Source: Candidatus Falkowbacteria bacterium
GTDB lineage: Bacteria; Patescibacteriota; Patescibacteriia; Patescibacteriales; UBA12465
Assembly: GCA_016432645.1 (NCBI GenBank)
Contig: CP066698.1
Span: 86,245 to 131,061 of the forward strand
Direction of reading: 5' to 3'
DNA: 44,817 nucleotides
The translations under genes and the position numbers were made by a program. The number at the start of each line of letters is the position of its first letter. Within the stretch, counting starts at the first letter, position 1. The notes beneath the pieces are model-generated. The model was given only the letters and a program-made list of their open reading frames with translations. It made no database searches and was not told the DNA's origin. This document shows positions 10,636 to 19,896 of the stretch, one piece after another.

Positions 10636-11421
10636 ATGAAATTTATCAGCGGAAAAAAAATGAGCATGACCCAGGTCTGGAATGGCGATAAAGTATTTGC
10701 TGTTACTCCTGTTCAAGCTGGTCCTTGCCAAGTGACTCAAGTTAAAACAAAAGCAACTGACGGCTATGATGCCTTACAGTTAGCTTATGGTAATAGAAAG
10801 AAAAAGAACGTCAACAAACCGCAAGTCGGCCATTTTAAGAATATGGCGGAAATGCCAGCTCATGTTAGAGAATTCAGAACTGCGGAAGCCGCTAATTTTA
10901 AGGTTGGTGATGTAGTGAGCGTAGAAACTTTTGCTGCCGGCGACATTATTAATGTTTCCGGTATTTCTAAAGGTAAAGGTTTCCAGGGCGTAGTTAAGCG
11001 CCATGGCTTCCATGGTTTTAGAAAAACTCATGGTAATAAAGACCAAGAAAGAATGCCTGGTTCTATCGGCCCTAAAGGTCCGGCACGTGTTTTCCCAGGT
11101 ACCAGAATGGGCGGACGCATGGGTGGAGAAAAAATTACCACGGCCAATTTAGAAATTATTAGCGTTGATACTGAAAACAATATTTTATTTATCAAAGGCG
11201 CTGTTCCAGGAGCAATCAATAGCTTAGTGATGATTAACGGCGTTGGCGAATTAAAAGTAAATACCAAAGTTGCGGCAGCTAAGGTTGAAGAAACTCCAGT
11301 TGAAGCAGTTGCAGAAGCGGTAGTGGCCGAAGAAGTAGCTGCTACTGAAGAAGCTCCGGTTGAAGCTAAAGCTGAAGAAGCAAAAACCGAAGAACCAAAA
11401 GCTGAAGAAGCGGTTTCATAA
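10636..11421 (+). CDS. rplC: 50S ribosomal protein L3 with acidic C-terminal extension
   Basis: GKKMSMTQ, SKGKGFQGVVKRHGF, GRMGG, IKGAVPG. ATG 10636 preferred over the 10615 start in the ORF track. Confidence 0.97.
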   Translation: MKFISGKKMSMTQVWNGDKVFAVTPVQAGPCQVTQVKTKATDGYDALQLAYGNRKKKNVNKPQVGHFKNMAEMPAHVREFRTAEAANFKVGDVVSVETFAAGDIINVSGISKGKGFQGVVKRHGFHGFRKTHGNKDQERMPGSIGPKGPARVFPGTRMGGRMGGEKITTANLEIISVDTENNILFIKGAVPGAINSLVMINGVGELKVNTKVAAAKVEETPVEAVAEAVVAEEVAATEEAPVEAKAEEAKTEEPKAEEAVS

Positions 11422-11447
11422 TTAGTAATTAGTAAATTGAGATTTAT

Positions 11448-12098
11448 ATGTCATTAAAGATAAAAGTTTACAATCAAGCTGCTGAACCGGTTAAAGACCT
11501 GGAACTAAGTGCTAATATTTTTGCGGTGGAAGCCAGCCACGAGCTTCTTCATCAGGCGATGGTTGCTCAAATGGCTAACAGCCGCCAGGTTTTAGCTCAT
11601 ACTAAGGATCGCTCTGAAGTTTCCGGCGGCGGTAAAAAACCCTGGAAACAAAAGGGAACTGGACGCGCCCGCGTCGGCTCCAGCCGTTCTCCAATTTGGA
11701 TTGGCGGTGGTGTCACTTTTGGTCCGACTAAAGATCGTAATTTTAAGAAAAAAATAAATCAGAAAATGAAGCAGAAAGCCATGTTTATGGTTTTGACCGA
11801 TAGAGTTAAAAATAATGCGCTCGTAGTGCTTGATTCTTTAGAATTGGCTGAATTCAAGACTAAAAAATTTAACGAAATTTTAAGCGCTGTTGAAAAGAAA
11901 GTTTTAAACAATGACCGCCGTGATATTTTAATCATTAATGATGCTAAGGATGACAAGGTTAAATATTCCGGACGCAATTTAGCCGGCACCAAGATTATCA
12001 ATTTAGAAAATGTTAATCTGCTCGACCTGTTAAATTATAAGAATTTACTACTGACCGAAAATGCGGTTGCCGCTTTTACCAAGCGTTATAATAAATAA
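11448..12098 (+). CDS. rplD: 50S ribosomal protein L4
   Basis: TKDRSEVSGGGKKPWKQKGTGRARVGS, GGGVTFGP. Confidence 0.97.
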   Translation: MSLKIKVYNQAAEPVKDLELSANIFAVEASHELLHQAMVAQMANSRQVLAHTKDRSEVSGGGKKPWKQKGTGRARVGSSRSPIWIGGGVTFGPTKDRNFKKKINQKMKQKAMFMVLTDRVKNNALVVLDSLELAEFKTKKFNEILSAVEKKVLNNDRRDILIINDAKDDKVKYSGRNLAGTKIINLENVNLLDLLNYKNLLLTENAVAAFTKRYNK

Positions 12099-12103
12099 AA
12101 AAT

Positions 12104-12553
12104 ATGGCTTTATTCGGATCAAAAACAAGTTCTACTGCCGATAAAAAACCGGCGGCTAAAACAAAAGCAACGGAATCCAAGAAGGAAACAGCTTCCATGA
12201 AGGATTTATATTCAGAAACCACAACGACTAAAGCAAGTGGCAAGGCGAAAACGCTTATTCATAAGCACGCCGCTTCCAGCCGCGCTTTAGTTAAACCCTT
12301 AATTACTGAAAAAGCTACCCATTTAGCTGGTGCCAATAAATATGTTTTTGTAATCGCTAGCGGGGCCAATAAAATTGAAACCGCTAAAGCAATTCAAGCT
12401 GTTTATGGCGTGAAGCCGCTTGATGTTAATATTGTTAACATGAAAGGCAAGAAAGTCGCTCGCGGTAAAGTTCGCGGCCAAAGAAAAGATTGGAAAAAAG
12501 CGATTGTGACTTTAGCTAAAGGCGATACAATTAAAGTTTACGAAGGCGTCTAA
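12104..12553 (+). CDS. rplW: 50S ribosomal protein L23 with N-terminal extension
   Basis: PLITEKA, KYVF, AVYGVKP..VN, WKKAIVTL. About 50 extra N-terminal residues. Confidence 0.95.
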   Translation: MALFGSKTSSTADKKPAAKTKATESKKETASMKDLYSETTTTKASGKAKTLIHKHAASSRALVKPLITEKATHLAGANKYVFVIASGANKIETAKAIQAVYGVKPLDVNIVNMKGKKVARGKVRGQRKDWKKAIVTLAKGDTIKVYEGV

Positions 12554-12590
12554 GCGTCGGCATTTATAAATAGAAATTTTATTCATCAAT

Positions 12591-13427
12591 ATGGGAATTA
12601 AAAAAGTAAAAGCAAATACTCCTGGACGCCGTGAAGCGACTTTTGACGATTTTAAAGATATCACTAAATCCACTCCGGAAAAAAGATTGATTACGCCGAA
12701 AAAGAAAAGAGGCGGACGCAATTCCAGCGGTAAAATTACCATTAGACATCGCGGCGGTGGCGCTAAGCGCTATGTCCGTTTAGTTGATTTCAAGCGCGAT
12801 AAATTTAACGTGGAGGCGACCGTAGCGGCGATTGAATATGATCCAAATCGCGGTGCTCGTTTAGCTTTGTTAAATTACGCTGATGGTGAAAAGAGATATA
12901 TTGTCGCTCCGATTAATGTCGGCGTCGGCGATAAATTAATGAGTTCTAAAGAGTTAATTGAAATAAAAAACGGTAATGCCTTGCCTTTGAAGTTTATCCC
13001 GGCTGGTATGCCAGTTTCTTCCGTGGAATTGGAACCGGGTCAAGGTTCAAAAATTGCCCGCGGTGCCGGTAATGTCGTTTATGTCATGGGTGTTGAAGGC
13101 AAGTATGCTCAAGTAAAAATGCCATCAGGCGAAATCAGATTAATTAAGAAGGAATGCTTATGCACTGTTGGTCAAGCCAGTAATCCTGACAAGCGCCATA
13201 TTTCACTCGGTAAAGCCGGACGCAGCCGTCACTTAGGCATCCGCCCGACAGTCCGTGGTACCGCTATGAATCCAGTTGATCATCCACACGGCGGCGGTGA
13301 AGGCAAACAGTCAATCGGTTTGAAACATCCGAAAACTATGTGGGGTAAACCGGCTTTGGGCGTTAAGACTAGACGCAAACGCCATAGCGATCGTTTAATA
13401 GTTAAGAGAAGAACCAAGCGCAAATAA
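12591..13427 (+). CDS. rplB: 50S ribosomal protein L2
   Basis: GGRNSSGKIT, IEYDPNR, RPTVRGTAMNPVDHPHGGGEG. Confidence 0.99.
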   Translation: MGIKKVKANTPGRREATFDDFKDITKSTPEKRLITPKKKRGGRNSSGKITIRHRGGGAKRYVRLVDFKRDKFNVEATVAAIEYDPNRGARLALLNYADGEKRYIVAPINVGVGDKLMSSKELIEIKNGNALPLKFIPAGMPVSSVELEPGQGSKIARGAGNVVYVMGVEGKYAQVKMPSGEIRLIKKECLCTVGQASNPDKRHISLGKAGRSRHLGIRPTVRGTAMNPVDHPHGGGEGKQSIGLKHPKTMWGKPALGVKTRRKRHSDRLIVKRRTKRK

Positions 13428-13445
13428 ATTTAATTTTAAATTATT

Positions 13446-13733
13446 ATGTCCAGAAGTTTAAAAAAGGGACCGTACATAAATCTAAGGTTGCTTAATAAAA
13501 TTAAAAATCTGAAAGCTGATGAAAAACCGGTAATTAAGGTTTGGGATCGGGCCTGCACAATAACTCCAGAAATGGTGGGCTTCACTATTGCTGTTCATAA
13601 TGGCAAAACCCATATCCCGGTTTATATCGTCGAAAATATGGTGGGACATCGCTTGGGTGAATTCTCTCCGACTAAGAAATTCCAAGGCCATGGAGGTAAG
13701 ATGGCGAAGACCCAGGCCGCTGCTAAAAAATAA
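13446..13733 (+). CDS. rpsS: 30S ribosomal protein S19
   Basis: [25 protein letters not shown]. Confidence 0.98.
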   Translation: MSRSLKKGPYINLRLLNKIKNLKADEKPVIKVWDRACTITPEMVGFTIAVHNGKTHIPVYIVENMVGHRLGEFSPTKKFQGHGGKMAKTQAAAKK

Positions 13734-13745
13734 TTGAAAATTTAT

Positions 13746-14252
13746 ATGGAAGTAAAAGCCAGTTTAAAACATTTGAGAATGTCAGCCCAGAAAGTTCGCC
13801 TGGTGATTGATGTTGTTCGCAAGATGCCGGCGGTCGCCGCTTTAGATCAATTAAAATTTGTTAACAAGAAGGCTTGTTTGCCGGTTAGCAAATTAATCAG
13901 ATCAGCCATCGCTAACGCCGTCAATACTTACGAATTGGATAAAAATAATTTGTTTATTAAAGAAATTAGAGCTGACGAAGGCGTGACTTTAAAGCGCTGG
14001 ATGCCGCGAGCTCATGGCCGCGCCAGTGCGATTAGAAAAAGAGGCTGCCACATTAATGTTACTTTGGGTGAAATTAAGGAAAGCGGCAAGAAAGAAAAGA
14101 AAGTTGTTAAAGCTGCCGAACCGGTCAAATTAGAAAAGTTGGCCAAAGAAGGCGAGAAGGCCGCCAAGATGACTGCTAAACCGGAAAAGGCCGGCGCCAA
14201 GCAAAGCGTCGCTCCGGAAAAGGCAAAAATTTTTAGAAGAAAAGCTGGTTAA
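13746..14252 (+). CDS. rplV: 50S ribosomal protein L22 with Lys/Ala-rich C-terminal extension
   Basis: RMSAQKVRLV, SAIANA, KRWMPRAHGRA. ATG 13746 preferred over TTG 13734. Confidence 0.96.
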   Translation: MEVKASLKHLRMSAQKVRLVIDVVRKMPAVAALDQLKFVNKKACLPVSKLIRSAIANAVNTYELDKNNLFIKEIRADEGVTLKRWMPRAHGRASAIRKRGCHINVTLGEIKESGKKEKKVVKAAEPVKLEKLAKEGEKAAKMTAKPEKAGAKQSVAPEKAKIFRRKAG

Positions 14253-14281
14253 TATATATAAATCAAGTAACAGCAATAAAT

Positions 14282-14962
14282 ATGGGTAAAAAAGTTAATC
14301 CGAAAATTCTACGCATGGGCATTACCAAAACTTGGCATTCTATTTGGTTTGAAAGCGGTGAGCAATATATCAAAAATATCCGACAAGATATTTATATCCG
14401 CAAGTACATGATCAGAGAATTCCGTGAAGCCGGGATTGATAAGGTAGAAATCGCGCGTGGTATCAATAAGATTGAAATTACTATTTTCACTGCCAAGCCG
14501 GGTATTATCATCGGCCGCGGCGGTAATGGTTCTGAAGATTTGAAGAAAAAATTGCATGATAAATTTTTAAAGAACTTCCGCATGCAAGAAATAAATTTGA
14601 ATATTAAAGAAGTTAATCGTCCGAACCTCAGCGCTCAAATTATTGTCCAAAGCATGATTTTAGATATTGAAAAAAGAATGGCTTTCCGCAAAGTAATGAA
14701 GCAAGCCTTGGGCCGCGTAGAAAGAGGCGGCGCTTTGGGAGCGAAAGTGGTAATTTCCGGACGCTTAAACGGCGCCGAAATCGCCCGCACCGAGAAATTA
14801 GTTTGGGGCAAAGTACCGCTGCAAACTTTACGCGCTGATATTGATTATGCTCGCGGAGCTGCTAACACCACTTACGGCGCTATCGGCATCAAAGTCTGGG
14901 TTTATAAAGGTGAGGTTTTTGAAAAAGAAAAGTCTGCCGCCGGTGAAGTAATTGAGAATTAA
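14282..14962 (+). CDS. rpsC: 30S ribosomal protein S3
   Basis: MGKKVNP, PGIIIGRGG, SGRLNGAEIAR, PLQTLRADIDY, GIKVWVYKG. Confidence 0.98.
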   Translation: MGKKVNPKILRMGITKTWHSIWFESGEQYIKNIRQDIYIRKYMIREFREAGIDKVEIARGINKIEITIFTAKPGIIIGRGGNGSEDLKKKLHDKFLKNFRMQEINLNIKEVNRPNLSAQIIVQSMILDIEKRMAFRKVMKQALGRVERGGALGAKVVISGRLNGAEIARTEKLVWGKVPLQTLRADIDYARGAANTTYGAIGIKVWVYKGEVFEKEKSAAGEVIEN

Positions 14963-14989
14963 AAATTTTTTGAATCTGTTTACAAAAAT

Positions 14990-15397
14990 ATGTTAATGCC
15001 AAAGAAAACTAAATGGAGAAAAGATCAGAAAAGACGCCGTGGCGGCAAAGCTACCCGTACTCTGAATATCAGTTTCGGCAGCTATGGTCTTAAAAGTTTG
15101 ACCGCTTGCTGGGTGACTTCTCGCCAAATTGAATCTGCTCGTCGCGTAATGACTAAATATGTCAAGAAGACCGGTAAGATTTGGATTAGAATTTTCCCTG
15201 ATAAACCAGTGACCGCTCATGGTGGCGAAATCCCGATGGGTAAAGGTAAAGGCGCCGTTGATTACTATGTAGCAATTATCAAGCCGGGGATGGTGATGTT
15301 TGAAATGGAAGGCATTGATAAGGAGACCGCTAAAAAAGCTATGGAATCGGCCGCTCATAAATTGCCGGTTAAATGCCAATTTATAACCAAGGAATAA
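14990..15397 (+). CDS. rplP: 50S ribosomal protein L16
   Basis: MLMPKKTKWRK, RQIESAR, IWIRIFPDKP, MGKGKG, KLPVK. Confidence 0.98.
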   Translation: MLMPKKTKWRKDQKRRRGGKATRTLNISFGSYGLKSLTACWVTSRQIESARRVMTKYVKKTGKIWIRIFPDKPVTAHGGEIPMGKGKGAVDYYVAIIKPGMVMFEMEGIDKETAKKAMESAAHKLPVKCQFITKE

Positions 15398-15416
15398 AAT
15401 AACAGCGAATAAAAAT

Positions 15417-15602
15417 ATGGAAACAAAAGAATTAATGGCTAAGGAGGCGACTGAATTAAATAAATTATTAGAAGTTAATCAAGAAAAATTACGTGATTTG
15501 CGTTTTAAGGATTCTAATAAGCAATTAAAAAACATTCGCGAAATCAGAGCCGTCAGACAATTAATCGCTCGGATTTTAACCATAAAAAATAAGCAAAAAT
15601 AA
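15417..15602 (+). CDS. rpmC: 50S ribosomal protein L29
   Basis: LRDLRF..QLKNIREIRAVRQLIARILT, in the canonical operon position. Confidence 0.93.
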   Translation: METKELMAKEATELNKLLEVNQEKLRDLRFKDSNKQLKNIREIRAVRQLIARILTIKNKQK

Positions 15603-15603
15603 T

Positions 15604-15873
15604 ATGACTGCAAATACAGCCAGCAAAACAACCAAGCCAGAAATTATTCGCCGTAAGTTTTTTGGAATTGTCGTCAGCGCTAAAAGCGATAAGACAATTG
15701 TGGTCAAGGTTGAAACTGTAAAAATTCATCCAAAGTATAAGAAAAGATATACCGTTAGCCGCAACTATAAAGTTCATGATGAAAAAAATGCTTACAAGGC
15801 AGGCGATAAAGTTTCTTTTGTGGAATGCCGCCCTTTGAGCCGCGACAAGCGATGGCGCGTGATTTCCAACTAA
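15604..15873 (+). CDS. rpsQ: 30S ribosomal protein S17
   Basis: GIVVSAKSDKTIVV, HPKYKK, HDE, ECRPLSRDKRW. Confidence 0.97.
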   Translation: MTANTASKTTKPEIIRRKFFGIVVSAKSDKTIVVKVETVKIHPKYKKRYTVSRNYKVHDEKNAYKAGDKVSFVECRPLSRDKRWRVISN

Positions 15874-15909
15874 TACCGCCAAGATTAATAAATCACAAGT
15901 TTTAAAAAT

Positions 15910-16284
15910 ATGATTCAAGTGCAAACTCGTTTAAAAGTAGCTGATAATTCTGGTGCCAAGGAAGTAATGTGCATCCGGGTTTTAGGCGGGACCAAAAGAC
16001 GCTATGCGCACGTCGGCGATATTATAATTGCCGCTGTTAAAACCGCTACCCCGCACGCCGCCGTGAAGAAAAGCGACGTAGTTAAGGCAGTGGTCGTGCG
16101 AACTTCCAAAGAAATCAGACGCGCCGATGGTTCTTATTTGCGCTTTGATGATAACGCTTGCGTAATTATTAACGATAAGGAAAAGAAGGATCCGAAGGGA
16201 ACCCGTATTTTCGGTCCGGTGGCCAGAGAAATCAGACGCGCCGGTTTCGTTAAAATCGCCTCGTTAGCCCCTGAGGTTTTATAA
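15910..16284 (+). CDS. rplN: 50S ribosomal protein L14
   Basis: [37 protein letters not shown]. Confidence 0.99.
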   Translation: MIQVQTRLKVADNSGAKEVMCIRVLGGTKRRYAHVGDIIIAAVKTATPHAAVKKSDVVKAVVVRTSKEIRRADGSYLRFDDNACVIINDKEKKDPKGTRIFGPVAREIRRAGFVKIASLAPEVL

Positions 16285-16312
16285 ACAACAAAGATACAGT
16301 TTGCGAAAATAT

Positions 16313-16636
16313 ATGAATATCAAAAAGAACGACAAAGTAAAAATATTAAGCGGCAAGGACAAGAACAAAATTGGCAAGGTTCTTCAAGTTCTGCCTAAAG
16401 AAGCTAAAGTTAGCATTGAGGGGCTTAATCTTTTAATTAAACATTTGCGTCCGCAAAAGCAGGGGGAGAAAGGCCAGAGAATCGAATTCCCGGCGTTTAT
16501 TAATGAATCCAATGTGGCCTTAGTTTGTCCGAAATGCGGCCAAACTACCAGAGTCGGCTATACAATTATCAAGGGCGAAGGCAAAAAGGATAAAAAATTC
16601 CGCGCTTGCAAAAAATGTAAGGAAATAATCGAGTAA
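16313..16636 (+). CDS. rplX: 50S ribosomal protein L24
   Basis: [34 protein letters not shown] 16313 preferred over TTG 16301. Confidence 0.96.
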   Translation: MNIKKNDKVKILSGKDKNKIGKVLQVLPKEAKVSIEGLNLLIKHLRPQKQGEKGQRIEFPAFINESNVALVCPKCGQTTRVGYTIIKGEGKKDKKFRACKKCKEIIE

Positions 16637-16646
16637 TAACAATACT

Positions 16647-17192
16647 ATGAGACTTAAAGAAAAATACCAAAAAGAAATAGTCAAACAGTTGAAGGAAAAA
16701 ATTGGCTATAAGAATAATATGTTGGTTCCGCGTTTAACCAAGGTGGTTTTAAATGTCGGCTTCGGCGCTCATTCTAAAGAAAAAGAATATATCGCGAGCG
16801 TTGTAAAAGGCTTAACCAATATTAGCGGCCAAAAACCGGTTATGACTTTAGCCAAGCAATCAGTTTCTGCTTTTAAAATTAGAGAAGGAATGGTTATCGG
16901 CGCCAAGGTCACTTTAAGAGGCGAGCGCATGTATGATTTTGTAGAAAAATTAGTCGGCATTACTTTCCCGCGCGTCCGCGACTTCCGCGGTATCAGCGAA
17001 AAGGGCCTTGATAATAAAGGCAATATGACTATCGGTTTTAAAGAACACGTTGCTTTCCCGGAAATCAGAGTTGAAGATATTGATAACGTTTACGGTTTAG
17101 AAGTTTGTTTATCAACTACCGCTCAAACCAAGGAAGAAGGCTTGGAACTTTTCCGCGCTTTCGGCTTTCCTTTTAAGAAAGACAGCAAATAA
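16647..17192 (+). CDS. rplE: 50S ribosomal protein L5
   Basis: PRLTKVVLNVG, SGQKPV, FKIREGM, PRVRDFRG. Confidence 0.98.
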   Translation: MRLKEKYQKEIVKQLKEKIGYKNNMLVPRLTKVVLNVGFGAHSKEKEYIASVVKGLTNISGQKPVMTLAKQSVSAFKIREGMVIGAKVTLRGERMYDFVEKLVGITFPRVRDFRGISEKGLDNKGNMTIGFKEHVAFPEIRVEDIDNVYGLEVCLSTTAQTKEEGLELFRAFGFPFKKDSK

Positions 17193-17203
17193 TTTAAATA
17201 AAT

Positions 17204-17389
17204 ATGGCAAGAACTGCATTAATCGTTAAGGCAAAAAGAAAACCAAAATTTTCCACCCGCACCATTCATCGTTGTTGGCGTTGTGGCCGCAACCATGGCT
17301 TTATGCGAGATTTTAAATTATGCCGTATCTGTTTCCGCGAATTAGCCGACAACGGCGATTTGCCGGGAATTCGGAAATCTAGCTGGTAA
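17204..17389 (+). CDS. rpsN: 30S ribosomal protein S14, zinc-binding short form
   Basis: 61 aa with CWRCGR...LCRICFRE and GIRKSSW. Confidence 0.97.
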   Translation: MARTALIVKAKRKPKFSTRTIHRCWRCGRNHGFMRDFKLCRICFRELADNGDLPGIRKSSW

Positions 17390-17417
17390 ATTAGAAAATT
17401 AAGTTTAATCTAAAAAT

Positions 17418-17828
17418 ATGATGGATCCCATCGCAGACATGTTCACAAGAATCAGGAACGCTTCCGCCGTTAAAAAGCAGGAGATTGTTTTACCTATGAG
17501 CAAGTTGAAATATGAAGTCGCCAAAATTCTATTGAAAGAAGGCTGGATAAAAAAAGCCGAAATTGTTCCGGGTGGTTTGGCTGGCAAACACAATAATTTC
17601 GACGAGTTGCTTATCGGTTTAAAATACCGCAAGAACGGCAAGCCGCAGATAAATTCTATCCAAAGATCCAGTAAGCCTGGTTTGAAGATTTACGTTTCTA
17701 AAACAGAAATCCCGACAGTTTTAAATAGTTTCGGAACTGCTATTATTTCCACTTCCCGCGGCATGATGACTGGCAAAGAAGCTAAAAAAGAACAGATTGG
17801 CGGCGAGCTGATCGGCGAAATATTTTAA
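17418..17828 (+). CDS. rpsH: 30S ribosomal protein S8
   Basis: DPIADMFTRIRNA, SKPGLKIY, ISTSRGMMT. Confidence 0.98.
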   Translation: MMDPIADMFTRIRNASAVKKQEIVLPMSKLKYEVAKILLKEGWIKKAEIVPGGLAGKHNNFDELLIGLKYRKNGKPQINSIQRSSKPGLKIYVSKTEIPTVLNSFGTAIISTSRGMMTGKEAKKEQIGGELIGEIF

Positions 17829-17853
17829 TCAATCATTGTAATTATAAGTTTAT

Positions 17854-18399
17854 ATGTCACGTTTAGGAAAATTACCAATCAAAATTCCCGCCGGCACGAG
17901 CGCCGTTATCAATGATAAAGAGCTTGTTGTTAAAGGTCCGAAAGGCGAACAAAAAGTTGCTTTAATTTCGCTCATCGCCGTTAAAGTCGAGGGTGAAGAT
18001 ATTTTAATCTCTCCGGTTGATAGAAACGCTAAGAATACCAGTGCGATGTGGGGTTTGGTTTGGAGTCTGACCAGAAATGCGGTTATCGGCGTTAGCGTCG
18101 GTTTTACCAAAAAATTGGAAATTAACGGCGTCGGTTATCGCGCTGCTGTTAGCGGCAATAAATTAAATATGAGCTTGGGCTTTTCTCATCCGATTGAATT
18201 CCCATTGCCGGCTGGAGTCACTGCCGTTGTTGAGGGAAACGCGATTACTTTAAGCAGCGCCAGTAAAGGACAGCTTGGAGAAGTGGCCGCTCAAATTAGA
18301 AAATTAAGAAAGCCGGAGCCTTATAAAGGCAAGGGCGTTAAATATTCCGATGAAATTATCCGCCGCAAGGCCGGTAAAGCCGCTACTAAAGGAAAATAA
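17854..18399 (+). CDS. rplF: 50S ribosomal protein L6
   Basis: MSRLGKLPI, GVGYRA, LGFSHP, PEPYKGKGVKY. Confidence 0.98.
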   Translation: MSRLGKLPIKIPAGTSAVINDKELVVKGPKGEQKVALISLIAVKVEGEDILISPVDRNAKNTSAMWGLVWSLTRNAVIGVSVGFTKKLEINGVGYRAAVSGNKLNMSLGFSHPIEFPLPAGVTAVVEGNAITLSSASKGQLGEVAAQIRKLRKPEPYKGKGVKYSDEIIRRKAGKAATKGK

Positions 18400-18426
18400 T
18401 TTGCGAATTAAAAGTATATTAATTAT

Positions 18427-18780
18427 ATGGATAAAAATAAGGCAAAAAATCAGAGACAAGCTCGCCGCCACGGCCGGGTACGCGCAAAAATCTCCGGGAG
18501 CGTTGAAGCTCCAAGATTAAGCGTGTTCCGTTCTAACCGCGGGATGTTCTTGCAGCTTATAGATGATACCGAGGGCAAAACTTTGGCCAGCGCTTCTTCT
18601 AAAGAACTTAAGAAAGCGCTTCCTAAAACTGAAGCTGGCAAAGAATTAGGCAAATTGATTGCGGAAAAGGCTAAGGCGAAAAAGATTGCCGCTGCTGTTT
18701 TTGACCGCGGCGCTTATAAATATCATGGTCGCGTTAAAGCGGTAGCTGAAGGCGCGCGTGAAGGTGGTTTGAAGTTTTAA
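18427..18780 (+). CDS. rplR: 50S ribosomal protein L18
   Basis: [33 protein letters not shown]. Confidence 0.98.
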   Translation: MDKNKAKNQRQARRHGRVRAKISGSVEAPRLSVFRSNRGMFLQLIDDTEGKTLASASSKELKKALPKTEAGKELGKLIAEKAKAKKIAAAVFDRGAYKYHGRVKAVAEGAREGGLKF

Positions 18781-18815
18781 AACGGTAACCCATATTTAAT
18801 AAAGAATTAATTTAT

Positions 18816-19436
18816 ATGTCTGAAGATAAAAAAGTAAAAACCAGCGCGCCTAAAGTTGACGTCAGTGCCGGCGCCGCCGCTACTGCTGCCAAAGATATTT
18901 ACGGCGATAAGAAACAGCGCGGACCGCGCGGACCAAGACGCGGCGATAAACGTGATGAAAAGCGCGATGAGTTTGAGCAGCGCATTTTGGAAGTTGCTCG
19001 CGTAACTCGTGTTATGGCTGGCGGCAAAAGAATGAACTTCAGAGCCTGTGTCGCGATTGGCGACAAGAAAGGCAATGTCGGTGTTGGTCTAGGAAAGGGA
19101 GCGGATGTGACTATGGCTGTTAATAAGGCGGTTAACCGTGCTAAAAAGACCATGATTAATGTCCCGATGTATAAAGAAACTATTCCTCATGAAATTCATA
19201 ATAAGATGGGGGCAGCGAAAATTATGTTAAAGCCTGCCAAGCAGGGACGCGGCGTTATTTCCGGCGGTGTTACCCGTACGATTTTAGAATTAGCCGGGGT
19301 TAAGAATGTCACTACTAAAACTTTAGGTACTAACAATAAAATTAATAATGCCCGCTGTACGATTGAAGCTTTGGCTCTTTTAAGAAAGTCAGAAAAAAAA
19401 GCCGATGCCGCTGTAGAAGCAGCGCCTAAAGCCTAA
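18816..19436 (+). CDS. rpsE: 30S ribosomal protein S5
   Basis: RVTRVMAGGKRMNF, GDKKGNVGVG, PAKQGRGVISGG. N-terminal extension. Confidence 0.98.
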   Translation: MSEDKKVKTSAPKVDVSAGAAATAAKDIYGDKKQRGPRGPRRGDKRDEKRDEFEQRILEVARVTRVMAGGKRMNFRACVAIGDKKGNVGVGLGKGADVTMAVNKAVNRAKKTMINVPMYKETIPHEIHNKMGAAKIMLKPAKQGRGVISGGVTRTILELAGVKNVTTKTLGTNNKINNARCTIEALALLRKSEKKADAAVEAAPKA

Positions 19437-19473
19437 GTAATAATCTAGCTTAAAGAAAACAAAACTTATATAT

Positions 19474-19887
19474 ATGTTATCACTTAACACTATCAAACAA
19501 GCCAAAGGCGCTTCCAAGAAAATAAAACGCGTCGGGCGCGGTAACGCTTCCGGACACGGCACCTATAGCACCCGCGGCCAGAAGGGTCAAAAATCTCGTT
19601 CCGGTGTTTCCGGTTTGAAGCGTTTGGGTATGAAGAAGCAATTGCTTCAAATCCCGAAAGCGCGCGGTTTCAGATCTTTACAGCCGAAAAACCAAGTGGT
19701 CAGCATTTCCGCTATTAATAAGAATTTTAAAGATGGCGAAATTGTTAATCCGGAAAATTTGGCTATCAAAGATTTAATCTCTTCCTCCGCCTTACCTGTT
19801 AAAGTTCTCGGTAAGGAAAAATTAACTGTTAAAGTTAAATTCGAAGGAATTAAAATGAGCCAAAGCGTTGCCGACCAAACAAAATAA
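19474..19887 (+). CDS. rplO: 50S ribosomal protein L15
   Basis: RVGRGNASGHGTYSTRGQKGQKSRSG. Directly follows rpsE with no rpmD in between. Confidence 0.96.
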   Translation: MLSLNTIKQAKGASKKIKRVGRGNASGHGTYSTRGQKGQKSRSGVSGLKRLGMKKQLLQIPKARGFRSLQPKNQVVSISAINKNFKDGEIVNPENLAIKDLISSSALPVKVLGKEKLTVKVKFEGIKMSQSVADQTK

Positions 19888-19896
19888 TTAAATTTT

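Noticed and set aside
19437-19473. rpmD (L30) at its canonical position
   Set aside because: Only 37 nt are available, so no gene fits.
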